Under the pieces are notes generated by a model. The model had not been told where the DNA came from. It saw only the letters and a list, made by a program, of their open reading frames with translations, and searched no databases. A stretch of DNA of 36,244 nt from positions 1 through 36,244 of the forward strand of contig JAEDMI010000001.1 of NCBI GenBank assembly GCA_016303085.1. Reading direction: 5' to 3'. Below, piece after piece: positions 1 through 9,796 of the stretch (its first letter is position 1; every line of letters starts with the position of its first letter). Source of the DNA: Acetatifactor sp. Its GTDB lineage: Bacteria; Bacillota; Clostridia; Lachnospirales; Lachnospiraceae. A program made the translations under genes and the position numbers.

Positions 1-3000
1 AAGAGCTCATCCCTCATATCGTCCCGCTCTTTCACGTTTTCAATACCGGCAATCCGTTTATAAATATCCAGCTTTTGTACCTCGTTCACAATATATGTGG
101 GAGGGATAAATGCATCCACATCCAAATCAATCTGGGTTGCAAAATCCACTGCAACTTTCACCCCTTTGAGGCTCTGTACCGCTTCGTTCAGCATTTTGCA
201 ATACATATCATAGCCCACCGCTTCCATATGGCCGTGCTGGCGCACGCCCAGCAGATTTCCGGCTCCCCGGATTTCCAAATCCCGCATGGCAATCTTAAAG
301 CCGCTTCCCAAATCGGTAAATTCTCTGATAGCTTCCAGACGCTTTTCTGCAACCTCCTTCAACATCTTATCCCTCTTGTACATCAGGAAAGCATAAGCTG
401 TACGGTTGGAACGGCCCACTCGCCCTCTCAGCTGATAGAGCTGGGACAATCCCATATTGTCGGAGTCATGAATAATCATGGTATTTACATTGGAAATGTC
501 AAGCCCCGTTTCGATGATGGTGGTAGATACCAGCACATCGATTTCCCCGTTGATGAAGTCATACATAATCTTTTCCAGCTCATGCTCCTTCATCTGACCA
601 TGGGCAAAAGCAACCGTGGCTTCCGGCACAAGGTTTGCAATCTGTGTTGCAATATCGGCAATATTATTTACCCGGTTATAGACATAGTACACCTGACCTC
701 CCCGGGAAAGTTCACGTGAAATAGCCTCCCGCACAAGTTCCTCATTGTACTCGCAGACAAAGGTCTGGATGGGCAGACGATCCTCCGGCGCCTCCTCCAG
801 AATACTCATATCCCGAATTCCGATGAGGCTCATGTGAAGGGTTCTGGGGATAGGTGTCGCCGTTAAGGTCAGTACATCCACATTTTCTTTCAGCTTTTTG
901 ATTTTCTCCTTATGAGCCACTCCAAAGCGCTGCTCCTCATCGATAATCAACAACCCCAGGTCCTTAAATTTAACATCTTCGGACAGTACCCTGTGGGTGC
1001 CGATGACAATGTCCGTCATGCCCTTCTGCAAATCCGCGATTGTCTTTTTTATCTCCCCCGGCGTGCGGAAACGGCTCATCAGTTCCACCCGGATGGGGAA
1101 ATCCTTCATTCTCTGAACGAAAGTGTTATAATGCTGCTGCGCCAAAATGGTAGTGGGAACCAGATACACCACCTGTTTTCCTTCCTGGACAGCCTTAAAC
1201 GCGGCACGGATGGCAATCTCTGTCTTCCCGTAACCCACATCCCCGCAAATCAGGCGGTCCATAATCTTCCCGCTCTCCATATCCGCCTTGGTATCTGCGA
1301 TGGCGTTCAGCTGGTCCTCCGTCTCCTCAAAGGGAAACATTTCCTCAAACTCCTTCTGCCATACGGTATCCTTTCCGAAACGGTATCCTTCGCCCGCCTG
1401 TCTGGCCGCGTAAAGCTCCACAAGATCCTTCGCAACTTCATTAACGGCTCCCCGAACCTTCGTCTTGGTCTTCTCCCACTCCTTGGAGCCCAGCTTGTTC
1501 AGCTTCGGCTTTTTCGCATCTGCGGAAGCATACTTTTGAATCACATCAAGCCCGGTGGCAAGCACATACAGATTGCCTCCGTCTCTGTATTCGACTTTGA
1601 TGTAGTCCTTGACCACACCCTCCATCTCCACCTTCTCGATACCCCGGTAGATGCCCAGACCATGGCTCTCGTGAACTACATAATCCCCTACCTTCAGTTC
1701 GTTAAAATCCTTAATTTTCTGACCCTGATAGAGTTTCTTTGCCTTCTTCTTTTTCTTCTCCGCACCGAAAATATCCGTCTCGGACAATACCACAAACTTT
1801 AACAGCGGATACTCGAACCCCCTATTTACATGACCGTAATAGGTCAAAACCTCCCCCGGCTGCACCTCTCTGTAAGGGTCCTCCGTATACACCGCTGTCA
1901 GTTCCTGATCCCGCAAATCCTCTGCAAGCCGCTTAGCCCTGGTACGTGAGCCTGAGAGCAGCAACACCCTGGAACCGCTTTTCTTAAACTGCTTTAAATC
2001 TTTTACCAGAGCTTCAAAACTGTTGTTATAGGGAGCAACGCTCCTGGCTGCAACATCAATCTTCCTCTCCGGTTTGAAATAGCCGCCCCTGCCATCCATT
2101 GTGGAAACCGTAACCACACTTCCACCCAAAAGTTTTGCGGCAACCTCCTCACCGCTGTAGAGTATGTTCATCTGTCCCGGCAGAATATATCCCTTCTCCG
2201 CCCTCTGTGTCATGCTTTCACGGAATTCCAGCTCTACGGCATCCGCCTGCTCTTTGATTCTGGCCGGCTCCTCCAGAAAAAACACCGGCTTCCCTTCCAT
2301 GCCGTTCTTTACCGACACATATGTCAGAAGTTCCGGCAGAGTCACCGTATCCTCATAAAAATAGCGGATATATCCCTCCAGGTTCACTTTGCTTTTCAAT
2401 TCCAGCAGCTGTTCCTTTAGTTCCTTGATCTGTGTTGAAATTCTATGAGCTTCCTCCGTCTTAAAGCTGTCCCGAAACAGCTTTTCCTGCTTTGCTGCCT
2501 CTTCCTCAATTTTTTTCAGACCTGCTTTGATTCGTTGAGCCTCCAAAACAAACTCTGTGGCAGGAAACACGGAAATACTCTCCAGCTTTTCAATAGAACG
2601 CTGACTTAAAATATCAAAGCTGCGGACTGATTCCACCTCATCTCCCCATAATTCAATGCGGTAGGGATTTTCCTCTGTCAAATCAAAGATATCTATTATC
2701 CCGCCGCGGATAGAAAACTGACCGGGATTTTCTACCTGATAACTTTTTTCATATCCAAAGGACACCAGCCTTTCGGCAAGCTTCTTTTCATCTATGGTTC
2801 CTCCCTTTTCCACGTCGATGACATCCTTCTCCCTGTCCCAAAGTGCAAGAGGTGTCATAAGTGCCGCATAGGTGGTAACAATGGTGACGGGTTTACGCTC
2901 CATCAGCCGACGCATGGTTCTGACTCGTTCCTTCACCAGCTGATTGCCGTGTATATCTGCCTGAAAGAATATCAAATCCTTTGCGGGATATAACATGACA

Positions 3001-3224
3001 TTTCTGTCATAAAACTTGTATTCCTCAAAGATTTCCCGGGCTTTTAAGTCACTGTAAGTAACGATGACTTTCATCTTTATGCCATCGCCGAGTCCGTATA
3101 TCATATGCAGTTTTTGCGAGTCCACACATCCCGTCAGTGCTATGGGACCTTTCCCTTTTCGCAACGTCTCCCTCAGGCTGTCGTATTCCGCCAGCTCCCG
3201 AAGGGGTGAAAGCAATGCCTGCAT
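1..3224 (-). CDS. mfd: Transcription-repair coupling factor Mfd (3' end beyond window)
   Basis: Absent from the ORF track because it runs off the left edge. Manual translation of spot positions gives MQALLSPLRELAEY at the start (GGAGG 8 nt upstream of ATG 3224), ICGDVGYGKTE (~1220-1250), IIDEEQRFGV (~920-950) and YKRIAGIEN at the left edge, in frame with the start. Lies downstream of pth, as is usual. Confidence 0.96.
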   Translation of the reverse strand, partial: MQALLSPLRELAEYDSLRETLRKGKGPIALTGCVDSQKLHMIYGLGDGIKMKVIVTYSDLKAREIFEEYKFYDRNVMLYPAKDLIFFQADIHGNQLVKERVRTMRRLMERKPVTIVTTYAALMTPLALWDREKDVIDVEKGGTIDEKKLAERLVSFGYEKSYQVENPGQFSIRGGIIDIFDLTEENPYRIELWGDEVESVRSFDILSQRSIEKLESISVFPATEFVLEAQRIKAGLKKIEEEAAKQEKLFRDSFKTEEAHRISTQIKELKEQLLELKSKVNLEGYIRYFYEDTVTLPELLTYVSVKNGMEGKPVFFLEEPARIKEQADAVELEFRESMTQRAEKGYILPGQMNILYSGEEVAAKLLGGSVVTVSTMDGRGGYFKPERKIDVAARSVAPYNNSFEALVKDLKQFKKSGSRVLLLSGSRTRAKRLAEDLRDQELTAVYTEDPYREVQPGEVLTYYGHVNRGFEYPLLKFVVLSETDIFGAEKKKKKAKKLYQGQKIKDFNELKVGDYVVHESHGLGIYRGIEKVEMEGVVKDYIKVEYRDGGNLYVLATGLDVIQKYASADAKKPKLNKLGSKEWEKTKTKVRGAVNEVAKDLVELYAARQAGEGYRFGKDTVWQKEFEEMFPFEETEDQLNAIADTKADMESGKIMDRLICGDVGYGKTEIAIRAAFKAVQEGKQVVYLVPTTILAQQHYNTFVQRMKDFPIRVELMSRFRTPGEIKKTIADLQKGMTDIVIGTHRVLSEDVKFKDLGLLIIDEEQRFGVAHKEKIKKLKENVDVLTLTATPIPRTLHMSLIGIRDMSILEEAPEDRLPIQTFVCEYNEELVREAISRELSRGGQVYYVYNRVNNIADIATQIANLVPEATVAFAHGQMKEHELEKIMYDFINGEIDVLVSTTIIETGLDISNVNTMIIHDSDNMGLSQLYQLRGRVGRSNRTAYAFLMYKRDKMLKEVAEKRLEAIREFTDLGSGFKIAMRDLEIRGAGNLLGVRQHGHMEAVGYDMYCKMLNEAVQSLKGVKVAVDFATQIDLDVDAFIPPTYIVNEVQKLDIYKRIAGIENVKERDDMRDEL

Positions 3225-3248
3225 CGTCATTTCCTCCCGGTTATACCG

Positions 3249-3842
3249 CTATACTGTCCCCTGTTGTTCCTTTTTCTTTGTACCGTTAAACTGATTCATG
3301 GCCGCATCGGCATCCTGTGTTATGATTGTTCGGATTGCATCTGCAACCTGTCCGGCCGCCTCGTCCATCATTTTCCGTTCCGGGGCAGAAAACCGTCCCA
3401 GTACATAATCTGCCAGGTCCCAGTTTTTGGGTTTTTCTCCCACTCCTACCTTGATTCGAATAAAGGAATCATGTCCAAGATGTGCAATGATATTCTTAAG
3501 ACCGTTATGTCCGCCGGCACTGCCCTTCTTGCGGATGCGCAACTGTCCCACATTAAGGCTGATATCATCTGAAATGACTATCAGTTCAGAAGTTTCATCT
3601 GCCTTATAATAGTCAAGTAATTCCCTGACACACTCTCCGCTGAGATTCATAAAGGTGAGGGGCTTCGCCAGAATACACTTCTGCCCTGCCACAATTCCCT
3701 TTCCGATCACAGCCCTGTGTTTCTTTTCCAGGACAGAAATATTCTCCTGTTCTGCCAGTTTATCTATGACATCAAAACCAATATTATGCCTTGTGTTCAC
3801 GTATTCTTTTCCAAAGTTACCTAAACCCACAATAATATACAT
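3249..3842 (-). CDS. pth: Peptidyl-tRNA hydrolase
   Basis: Motifs MYIIVGLGN, TRHNIGF, KPLTFMNLSG, GSAGGHNGLK and DYVLGRF. Start moved to ATG 3842 because the longer ORF start overlaps the promoter. Confidence 0.96.
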   Translation of the reverse strand: MYIIVGLGNFGKEYVNTRHNIGFDVIDKLAEQENISVLEKKHRAVIGKGIVAGQKCILAKPLTFMNLSGECVRELLDYYKADETSELIVISDDISLNVGQLRIRKKGSAGGHNGLKNIIAHLGHDSFIRIKVGVGEKPKNWDLADYVLGRFSAPERKMMDEAAGQVADAIRTIITQDADAAMNQFNGTKKKEQQGTV

Positions 3843-3879
3843 ATCTTTTTCGTCTCCAAATCTCCGCCTTCCGTATTGT

Positions 3880-3908
3880 ATTTTAAAGGCAGGGCCGATT
3901 CTTGTAAA
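3880..3908 (-). promoter_or_regulatory. Sigma-A promoter for pth-mfd
   Basis: TTTACA-17 bp-TAAAAT on the minus strand. Confidence 0.6.
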
Positions 3909-3921
3909 GAGAAATTCACGC

Positions 3922-3956
3922 AAAGAACTGCCGCAGCATCTCTACCACGGCAGTTC
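3922..3956 (-). terminator. Hairpin/terminator after spoVG
   Basis: 9-bp inverted repeat GAACTGCCG/CGGCAGTTC with only a short T tail on the minus strand. Confidence 0.55.
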
Positions 3957-3989
3957 CAAATCCATTTTGTCCCGTATGGTTTCCCATAA

Positions 3990-4268
3990 TTAGTCTGCGT
4001 CCGGCTCCGGCAAGGCTTTTTCGTAGCTCTCCAGAATAATCCTCTGAATATGATCTCTTGTAGCCGAATTGATGGGATGCGCTATATCTCTGTACTCTCC
4101 GTCCGCAGCCTTCTTGCTGGGCATTGCGATAAACAGGCCTTTGTCCCCCTCAATGACCTTGATATCATGTACTACAAATTCATTGTCCAGAGTAATAGAC
4201 ACAATCGCCTTCATCTTGCCTTCCTTAGCAATTTTACGCACTCTTACATCAGTAATCTGCATTTGCAT
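3990..4268 (-). CDS. spoVG: Septation regulator SpoVG
   Basis: Motifs [29 protein letters not shown] and YRDIAHPIN. The second Met (4262) is an alternative start. Confidence 0.96.
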   Translation of the reverse strand: MQMQITDVRVRKIAKEGKMKAIVSITLDNEFVVHDIKVIEGDKGLFIAMPSKKAADGEYRDIAHPINSATRDHIQRIILESYEKALPEPDAD

Positions 4269-4292
4269 AACCCCCTTAGTTCATACACCCTA

Positions 4293-5414
4293 TTACAACG
4301 TATAGCGTTCGTTCTTCTCCACGACTATCTTAATTTTACCTTCTTCACCTACATAGCGTGAGTTTGCACGAATGGTATCACGGCTCTCCACAATACAGTT
4401 CTCTATATAGGTGTTGTCCCCAATGTAGACATCATTCAAAATGATTGAATTCTTGATGACACAATTATTTCCGATATAGCTCTTCTTGAAAATAACGGAA
4501 TTTTCTACTACTCCGTTCACGATACAGCCGCTGGAAATCAGACTGTTCCTCACACTGGAGCCCACATTATACTTTGCGGGCGGCAGGTCATCCACCTTGG
4601 AATATATGTCGGGATACTGTTTGAAGAAATAATTTCTTACCTCCGGCTTCAGAAAATCCATGTTGGTCTTGAAATAATCCTCCACGGAAGCAATATTTCT
4701 CCAGTACTCCTTAATCTTATAGCCATAGATTCTCTTCAAATCCTTATAACGAATCAGGATATCCCTGACAAAATCATACCTGTCCTCCTCCGCACACTTC
4801 TCAATCATCTCGATGAGCTGACGGCGGCGGACTACATAGATACCGCAGGATATGGTATTTGTCTTGGCCTGCAAAGGTTTTTCCTCAAATTCCTCGATGC
4901 GGGATTCCTCATTCATCCGAACGGTACCAAAGCGTTCCACATTGGTTCCCGGTTCCATGTCACGGCACACAACTGTGATATCTGCCTTTTTGTCGATATG
5001 ATATTCCAGCACCTTGTTGAAATCCAGTTTATATACACCGTCTCCGGAGGCAATGACCACATAAGGCTCATGACTGTTCTTTAAGAAGGTCAGGTTCTGA
5101 TAAATGGCATCTGCTGTACCTCTGTACCAGTTGCTGTTATCTGCTGTCACGGTAGGTGTCAGAACAAACAGCCCTCCCTGCTTGCGTCCGAAATCCCACC
5201 ACTTGGAAGAGCTGAGATGTTCATTCAGGCTTCTGGCATTGTACTGAGTCAGCACAGCCACCTTCTGAATATGGGAGTTGGACATGTTACTCAATGTAAA
5301 ATCGATGCTGCGGTAGCTACCCGCAACAGGCATAGCGCAGATGGCTCTCTTTTGTGACAGCTCCTGCATCCTGTGATTGTTACCGCCCGCTAAAACTATT
5401 CCGATTGCTCTCAC
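4293..5414 (-). CDS. glgD: Glucose-1-phosphate adenylyltransferase subunit GlgD
   Basis: GlgC paralogue with a degenerate glycine loop (LAGGNNHRM), plus YRSIDFTLSN and WDFGRKQGGL. GTG start 2 nt after the glgC stop. Confidence 0.92.
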   Translation of the reverse strand: MRAIGIVLAGGNNHRMQELSQKRAICAMPVAGSYRSIDFTLSNMSNSHIQKVAVLTQYNARSLNEHLSSSKWWDFGRKQGGLFVLTPTVTADNSNWYRGTADAIYQNLTFLKNSHEPYVVIASGDGVYKLDFNKVLEYHIDKKADITVVCRDMEPGTNVERFGTVRMNEESRIEEFEEKPLQAKTNTISCGIYVVRRRQLIEMIEKCAEEDRYDFVRDILIRYKDLKRIYGYKIKEYWRNIASVEDYFKTNMDFLKPEVRNYFFKQYPDIYSKVDDLPPAKYNVGSSVRNSLISSGCIVNGVVENSVIFKKSYIGNNCVIKNSIILNDVYIGDNTYIENCIVESRDTIRANSRYVGEEGKIKIVVEKNERYTL

Positions 5415-5416
5415 TG

Positions 5417-6685
5417 TTATTCACCTGCCTTAATCAATGTTTTGCCGCTTGCAAGATGGGAATTCTCATAGTCAGCAGCCGATGTTTCGCCGAAGATTAC
5501 CGAGTTCTTTCCCACAGATATGCCATCGGGAATTACACTCTTCTCGCCTATGGTCACAAGGCCATGGTTGTAGATATGAGGTGCGGTTTCGTTCTGCGCC
5601 TCCTCTCCCACTCCCAGCTTGACATTATTGCCTATCCTTGCTTCTTCAGCCACAATGGCCTTATTAATTTCGCAGCCGTCGCCAATCTGTGTATTATTCA
5701 TGATAATGGAATCGCGGATTACGGTTCCCTTTCCGATTGTGACACCACAGCCGATAACAGAATTGTATACCTTTCCGTAGATATCTGAGCCCTCTCCGAT
5801 AATACAGCGCTCCGCAACACTGTCCGCAGACAGGTACTGAGGAGGTTGAATTTCGCTTCTGGTATAAATCTTCCAGTACTCCTCATACAAATTGAACTCA
5901 GGAACAATATCAATCAGTTCCATGTTAGCTTCCCAATATGAGCTGAGAGTTCCCACATCCTTCCAGTAACCTGTAAACTCATAAGCATACAGAGGAGCTC
6001 CCTTCTCATGACAGTAGGGAATCACATGTTTTCCAAAGTCCAGTGCCGGCTGGTCAGCCATGGCAATCAACGCTTCCTTTAAGGTCTTCCAGTTAAATAT
6101 GTAGATACCCATACTTGCAAGATTGCTTCTGGGATGCTCAGGTTTTTCTTCAAACTCAGTGATGCGCCTGTTTTCATCAGTTATCATAATGCCGAAACGG
6201 CTGGCTTCCTCAATGGGAACGGGCATAACAGCGATAGTGACTTCCGCGTTGTTCGCCTTGTGAAAATCCAACATCACCTCATAGTCCATCTTATAAATAT
6301 GATCGCCGGAAAGAATCAGAACATAATCCGGATTGAAACTCTCCATATATTCCAGATTCTGATAAATGGCATTTGCCGTACCCGTATACCATTCACTGTT
6401 GGTACTCTTCTCGTAGGGCGGAAGAACCGTAACACCTCCGATATTTCGGTCCAAGTCCCACGGAATACCTATTCCGATATGTGTATTCAACCGCAGCGGC
6501 TGATATTGTGTCAAAACGCCTACCGTATCCACTCCCGAGTTGATACAGTTGGATAGAGGAAAATCAATAATGCGGTATTTCCCTCCGAATGCGACTGCAG
6601 GCTTCGCTACCTTGGAAGTCAGCACCCCAAGTCGGCTGCCCTGCCCACCTGCCAATAGCATGGCAATCATTTCCTTTTTTATCAT
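5417..6685 (-). CDS. glgC: Glucose-1-phosphate adenylyltransferase GlgC
   Basis: Motifs [45 protein letters not shown] and YWKDVGT. Start moved to ATG 6685 (RBS AGAGGTG). Confidence 0.96.
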   Translation of the reverse strand: MIKKEMIAMLLAGGQGSRLGVLTSKVAKPAVAFGGKYRIIDFPLSNCINSGVDTVGVLTQYQPLRLNTHIGIGIPWDLDRNIGGVTVLPPYEKSTNSEWYTGTANAIYQNLEYMESFNPDYVLILSGDHIYKMDYEVMLDFHKANNAEVTIAVMPVPIEEASRFGIMITDENRRITEFEEKPEHPRSNLASMGIYIFNWKTLKEALIAMADQPALDFGKHVIPYCHEKGAPLYAYEFTGYWKDVGTLSSYWEANMELIDIVPEFNLYEEYWKIYTRSEIQPPQYLSADSVAERCIIGEGSDIYGKVYNSVIGCGVTIGKGTVIRDSIIMNNTQIGDGCEINKAIVAEEARIGNNVKLGVGEEAQNETAPHIYNHGLVTIGEKSVIPDGISVGKNSVIFGETSAADYENSHLASGKTLIKAGE

Positions 6686-6730
6686 GTCATCACCTCTGTC
6701 TAGCCTTTTACCGTTTTTATCGGCAACATT

Positions 6731-6759
6731 ATTATAACATATCCAAATTTGAAAGTGAA
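6731..6759 (-). promoter_or_regulatory. Sigma-A promoter for glgCD-spoVG
   Basis: TTCACT-17 bp-TATAAT with an extended -10 (TGT TATAAT). Confidence 0.65.
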
Positions 6760-6945
6760 TATTTACCGCAAAAGAATTTGACGTTTTTACTTTTTTTCTA
6801 TCGAAATTTAACATATTTTTTGAATTGTGCGAAAATTATTTGTCTGTTTTTTCCAATTTGCCTCCTATGCAATTCCCCTTCCACCGTCATTTTCAACATT
6901 TTACCCGTTTTCAGGTCGCCCTCCCGGCAAAATGTCATTTTATAT

Positions 6946-6974
6946 TTGTTTTTTATGTCCATAATGCTTATAAT
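6946..6974 (+). promoter_or_regulatory. Sigma-A promoter for murC
   Basis: TTGTTT-17 bp-TATAAT, about 30 nt before the ATG. Confidence 0.55.
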
Positions 6975-7005
6975 AGAGTGTAACAAATATAAGGAAGTGT
7001 AACCC

Positions 7006-8388
7006 ATGTACAAAATTGATTTCAGCAATCCTTCCCATATCTACTTTGTAGGCATCGGCGGCATCAGCATGAGCGGTCTGGCTGAAATTCTCCATCAGGC
7101 AGGCTTTACCGTATCCGGATCCGATTGGAAATCCTCCTCCATCACACAGGCATTGGAGGAAAAAGGTATTGAAGTGCAATACGGCGAAAATGCTTCGCAC
7201 ATAACCTCCGATATCGACTGCGCCGTACTGACCAGCGCTGTGAAGGAAAGCAACCTTGAATTTCGTGCTATCCGGGATATGGGAATCCCATATCTGACCA
7301 GAGCACAGCTTCTCGGACAGCTGATGAAGAATTACAAGACTTCCATCGCAATCAGCGGTACCCACGGAAAAACTACCACTACATCCATGATTAGTGAAAT
7401 CCTTCTCAAGGCTGACACCGACCCCACTCTGTCCATCGGCGGTATTCTAAAAACCATCGGTGGCAATATTCGCGTTGGCTCAGACCGGTACTTTGTCACG
7501 GAAGCCTGCGAATATACCAACAGCTTTTTAAGCTTTTTCCCCACAGTGGGATTAATTCTTAATATAGAAGAAGACCACCTTGACTTTTTCAAAGATTTGG
7601 CTGATATCCGTCACTCCTTCCGCAAATTTGCCGAACTGCTTCCGGCTGAGGGCTGTCTCATCATAAATGCGGATATCCCTGATTATGAGGAGATTACCGA
7701 AGGCCTGTCCTGCAAAATAGTGACTTATTCTTCCTCCGACCGAAATGCAGATTATTATCCCACAGATATCGCTTACGACAGCTTTGGTCATCCCTCCTTC
7801 CTGCTTCATCATCCGGGAAACGGAACGGACTCTTTCTCACTGAAGGTTCCCGGCCTCCACAATGTGGGAAATGCCATTGCCGCAATCGCTCTGGCGGATT
7901 ATCTTTCCATTGACAGATCCGTGACGGCAGATGCCCTGAACGGTTACACCGGGACAGACAGACGTTTCGAGTACAAGGGATGTGTGGGAGGAGTCACTGT
8001 AATAGATGATTATGCACATCACCCGACAGAAATTACTGCGACCTTGTCTGCAGCCCAAAATTATCCTCACAGGACTTTATGGTGTGTCTTCCAGCCTCAT
8101 ACTTATTCCAGGACCAAGGAATTTATGAAGGATTTTGCAAAGGCTCTCTGTCTGGCAGATAAAGTGGTTCTGGCAGATATCTATGCCGCCAGGGAGACAG
8201 ACAATCTCGGTATCAGTTCCGAGAATCTGCAGGCAGAAATAAAAGCTCTGGGGCATGAATGCTTTTACTTCCCTTCTTTTGACGAGATAGAAAATTTTTT
8301 ATTGGAAAATTGCATAAAAGGTGATTTGTTGATAACTATGGGGGCAGGCGATGTCCTGAAAATCGGAGAAAACCTCCTCGGATTGTAA
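7006..8388 (+). CDS. murC: UDP-N-acetylmuramate--L-alanine ligase
   Basis: Motifs GIGGISMSGLA, SGTHGKTTTTSM, EACEY, DDYAHHPTEI, FQPHTYSRT and TMGAGD. Confidence 0.97.
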   Translation: MYKIDFSNPSHIYFVGIGGISMSGLAEILHQAGFTVSGSDWKSSSITQALEEKGIEVQYGENASHITSDIDCAVLTSAVKESNLEFRAIRDMGIPYLTRAQLLGQLMKNYKTSIAISGTHGKTTTTSMISEILLKADTDPTLSIGGILKTIGGNIRVGSDRYFVTEACEYTNSFLSFFPTVGLILNIEEDHLDFFKDLADIRHSFRKFAELLPAEGCLIINADIPDYEEITEGLSCKIVTYSSSDRNADYYPTDIAYDSFGHPSFLLHHPGNGTDSFSLKVPGLHNVGNAIAAIALADYLSIDRSVTADALNGYTGTDRRFEYKGCVGGVTVIDDYAHHPTEITATLSAAQNYPHRTLWCVFQPHTYSRTKEFMKDFAKALCLADKVVLADIYAARETDNLGISSENLQAEIKALGHECFYFPSFDEIENFLLENCIKGDLLITMGAGDVLKIGENLLGL

Positions 8389-8558
8389 TTTTCCACATTA
8401 TCCACAGTTCGGTGACACGCAGATTTGTCTTCGGGCTGTGGATATTTTCTTCCATAAATGTGGATAATCTTTTTCGGTGAAACGGTCCCACAATCCTTTG
8501 TATCCGTTATTTTGTTTTCTCCCTCGCAAAGTTATCCACATTGTCCACACTATCCACA
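8327..8558. promoter_or_regulatory. DnaA-box cluster (8 boxes)
   Basis: Perfect TTWTNCACA at 8389-8397, 8398-8406, 8459-8467 (reverse) and 8532-8540. One-mismatch boxes at 8327-8335 (reverse, inside murC), 8437-8445 (reverse), 8541-8549 and 8550-8558. Confidence 0.9.
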
Positions 8559-8604
8559 TTTTGCCAAAAAGCCCGCAACGATAAGGGTTTCGGGAAATTG
8601 ACTA

Positions 8605-8633
8605 TTTCCTTTTTTAAGACCTTATGCTATACT
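8605..8633 (+). promoter_or_regulatory. Extended -10 promoter for dnaD-dnaC/I-prs
   Basis: TGC TATACT at 8625-8633, with a weak -35 (TTTCCT) at 17-bp spacing. Confidence 0.55.
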
Positions 8634-8683
8634 TGGTCTACTGCGTGGGGTTCCGCGCAATTTCAAAGAGGGAAGTGTTATTC

Positions 8684-9778
8684 ATGGCACGTTTGACGAT
8701 TTATAAAGATAATGATACAGATTCCACTGTTGTGTCCAATCTGTTTATTGACGAATATATGAAGGATGCAAACGACGCACAGTTGAAAGTCTACCTTTAT
8801 CTGCTCCGCATGATGAATGCGCATCTGGCTACCAGTGTGTCCGACATTGCGGACAAGTTTAACCACACAGAAAAAGATGTGGTACGTGCCTTGAAGTACT
8901 GGGAAAAGAGTCATCTGCTTGATTTGGACTATGACGAAGACAAGAATCTTGTGGGGATTCACATCCGCGACCTGAACGCAGGCGACACTGCAAAAGGACG
9001 CCGCAGCAATACTGCGGTCTCTTCTTTTGTTCCCATGCCTGCATTACCGGCTCAGACAACCGTCATCAAATCGGAAAGTTCCGCTGTGTCTGAGACAGTT
9101 TCTCCTTTTGAGAAGCCGGTTTATTCCGCGGATCAGCTTCGGGAATTCAAGGAGCGGCAGGATACCGCCCAACTTCTTTTTATTGCCGAGTCTTACATCG
9201 GGAAGCCCTTAACACCTTCCGAGATTAAGACCATCCTTTACTTTACCGATGTGCTTCATTTTTCAGACGACTTAATCGATTATCTGCTTCAGTACTGTGT
9301 GGACAAGGGCAAGAAGGATTTCAAGTATATTGAAAAGGTCGCCGTAAACTGGGCAGAGGAGGGGATTACTACCCCAAAGCAGGCGCAGGAAAAGGCCTTT
9401 CTTTATGACAAAAATATTTATTCCATCATGAGAGAACTGGGAAAAAATAACGTTCCCACTCCTAAGGAAGCAGAATACATAAACCGCTGGATAAAAGAAT
9501 TCGGTTTTGAAAATGATATTATTTTTGAGGCCTGCGAGCGCACCGTCATGGCAACGGACAAAAACCGCTTTGAATACGCGGACCGCATTTTGTCTAACTG
9601 GCATGAACAGAACGTGCATCACAAATCCGATATTTCCAAGATTGATGAAATGTACCGGCAGCGTAGGAAAAATACTTCAAATTCTCCCGCTTCCAAGCCA
9701 TACACCAACCGTTTTAATCAGTTTGCTCAGAACACCTACGATTTCGATGCTCTCGAAAAAGAACTGTTGAGCAATTAA
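8684..9778 (+). CDS. dnaD: DnaD-domain primosomal protein
   Basis: N-terminal TVVSNLFIDEYM..A....LKVYLYLLR and two DnaD/DnaB_2-like repeats (YIEKVAVNW, YADRILSNW). Start moved to ATG 8684 (RBS GAGGGA). Confidence 0.85.
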   Translation: MARLTIYKDNDTDSTVVSNLFIDEYMKDANDAQLKVYLYLLRMMNAHLATSVSDIADKFNHTEKDVVRALKYWEKSHLLDLDYDEDKNLVGIHIRDLNAGDTAKGRRSNTAVSSFVPMPALPAQTTVIKSESSAVSETVSPFEKPVYSADQLREFKERQDTAQLLFIAESYIGKPLTPSEIKTILYFTDVLHFSDDLIDYLLQYCVDKGKKDFKYIEKVAVNWAEEGITTPKQAQEKAFLYDKNIYSIMRELGKNNVPTPKEAEYINRWIKEFGFENDIIFEACERTVMATDKNRFEYADRILSNWHEQNVHHKSDISKIDEMYRQRRKNTSNSPASKPYTNRFNQFAQNTYDFDALEKELLSN

Positions 9779-9796
9779 GGCAAAAGGAGAAAAGCT

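Noticed and set aside
75..1802. Plus-strand ORFs of 214 and 296 aa
   Set aside because: Antisense shadows of mfd, with no RBS or recognisable motifs.
8389..8600. Calling the DnaA-box cluster the chromosomal oriC
   Set aside because: No dnaA/dnaN nearby, no DnaA-trio run or clear unwinding element, and the atp operon would be head-on. Kept as a non-origin cluster pending GC-skew analysis.
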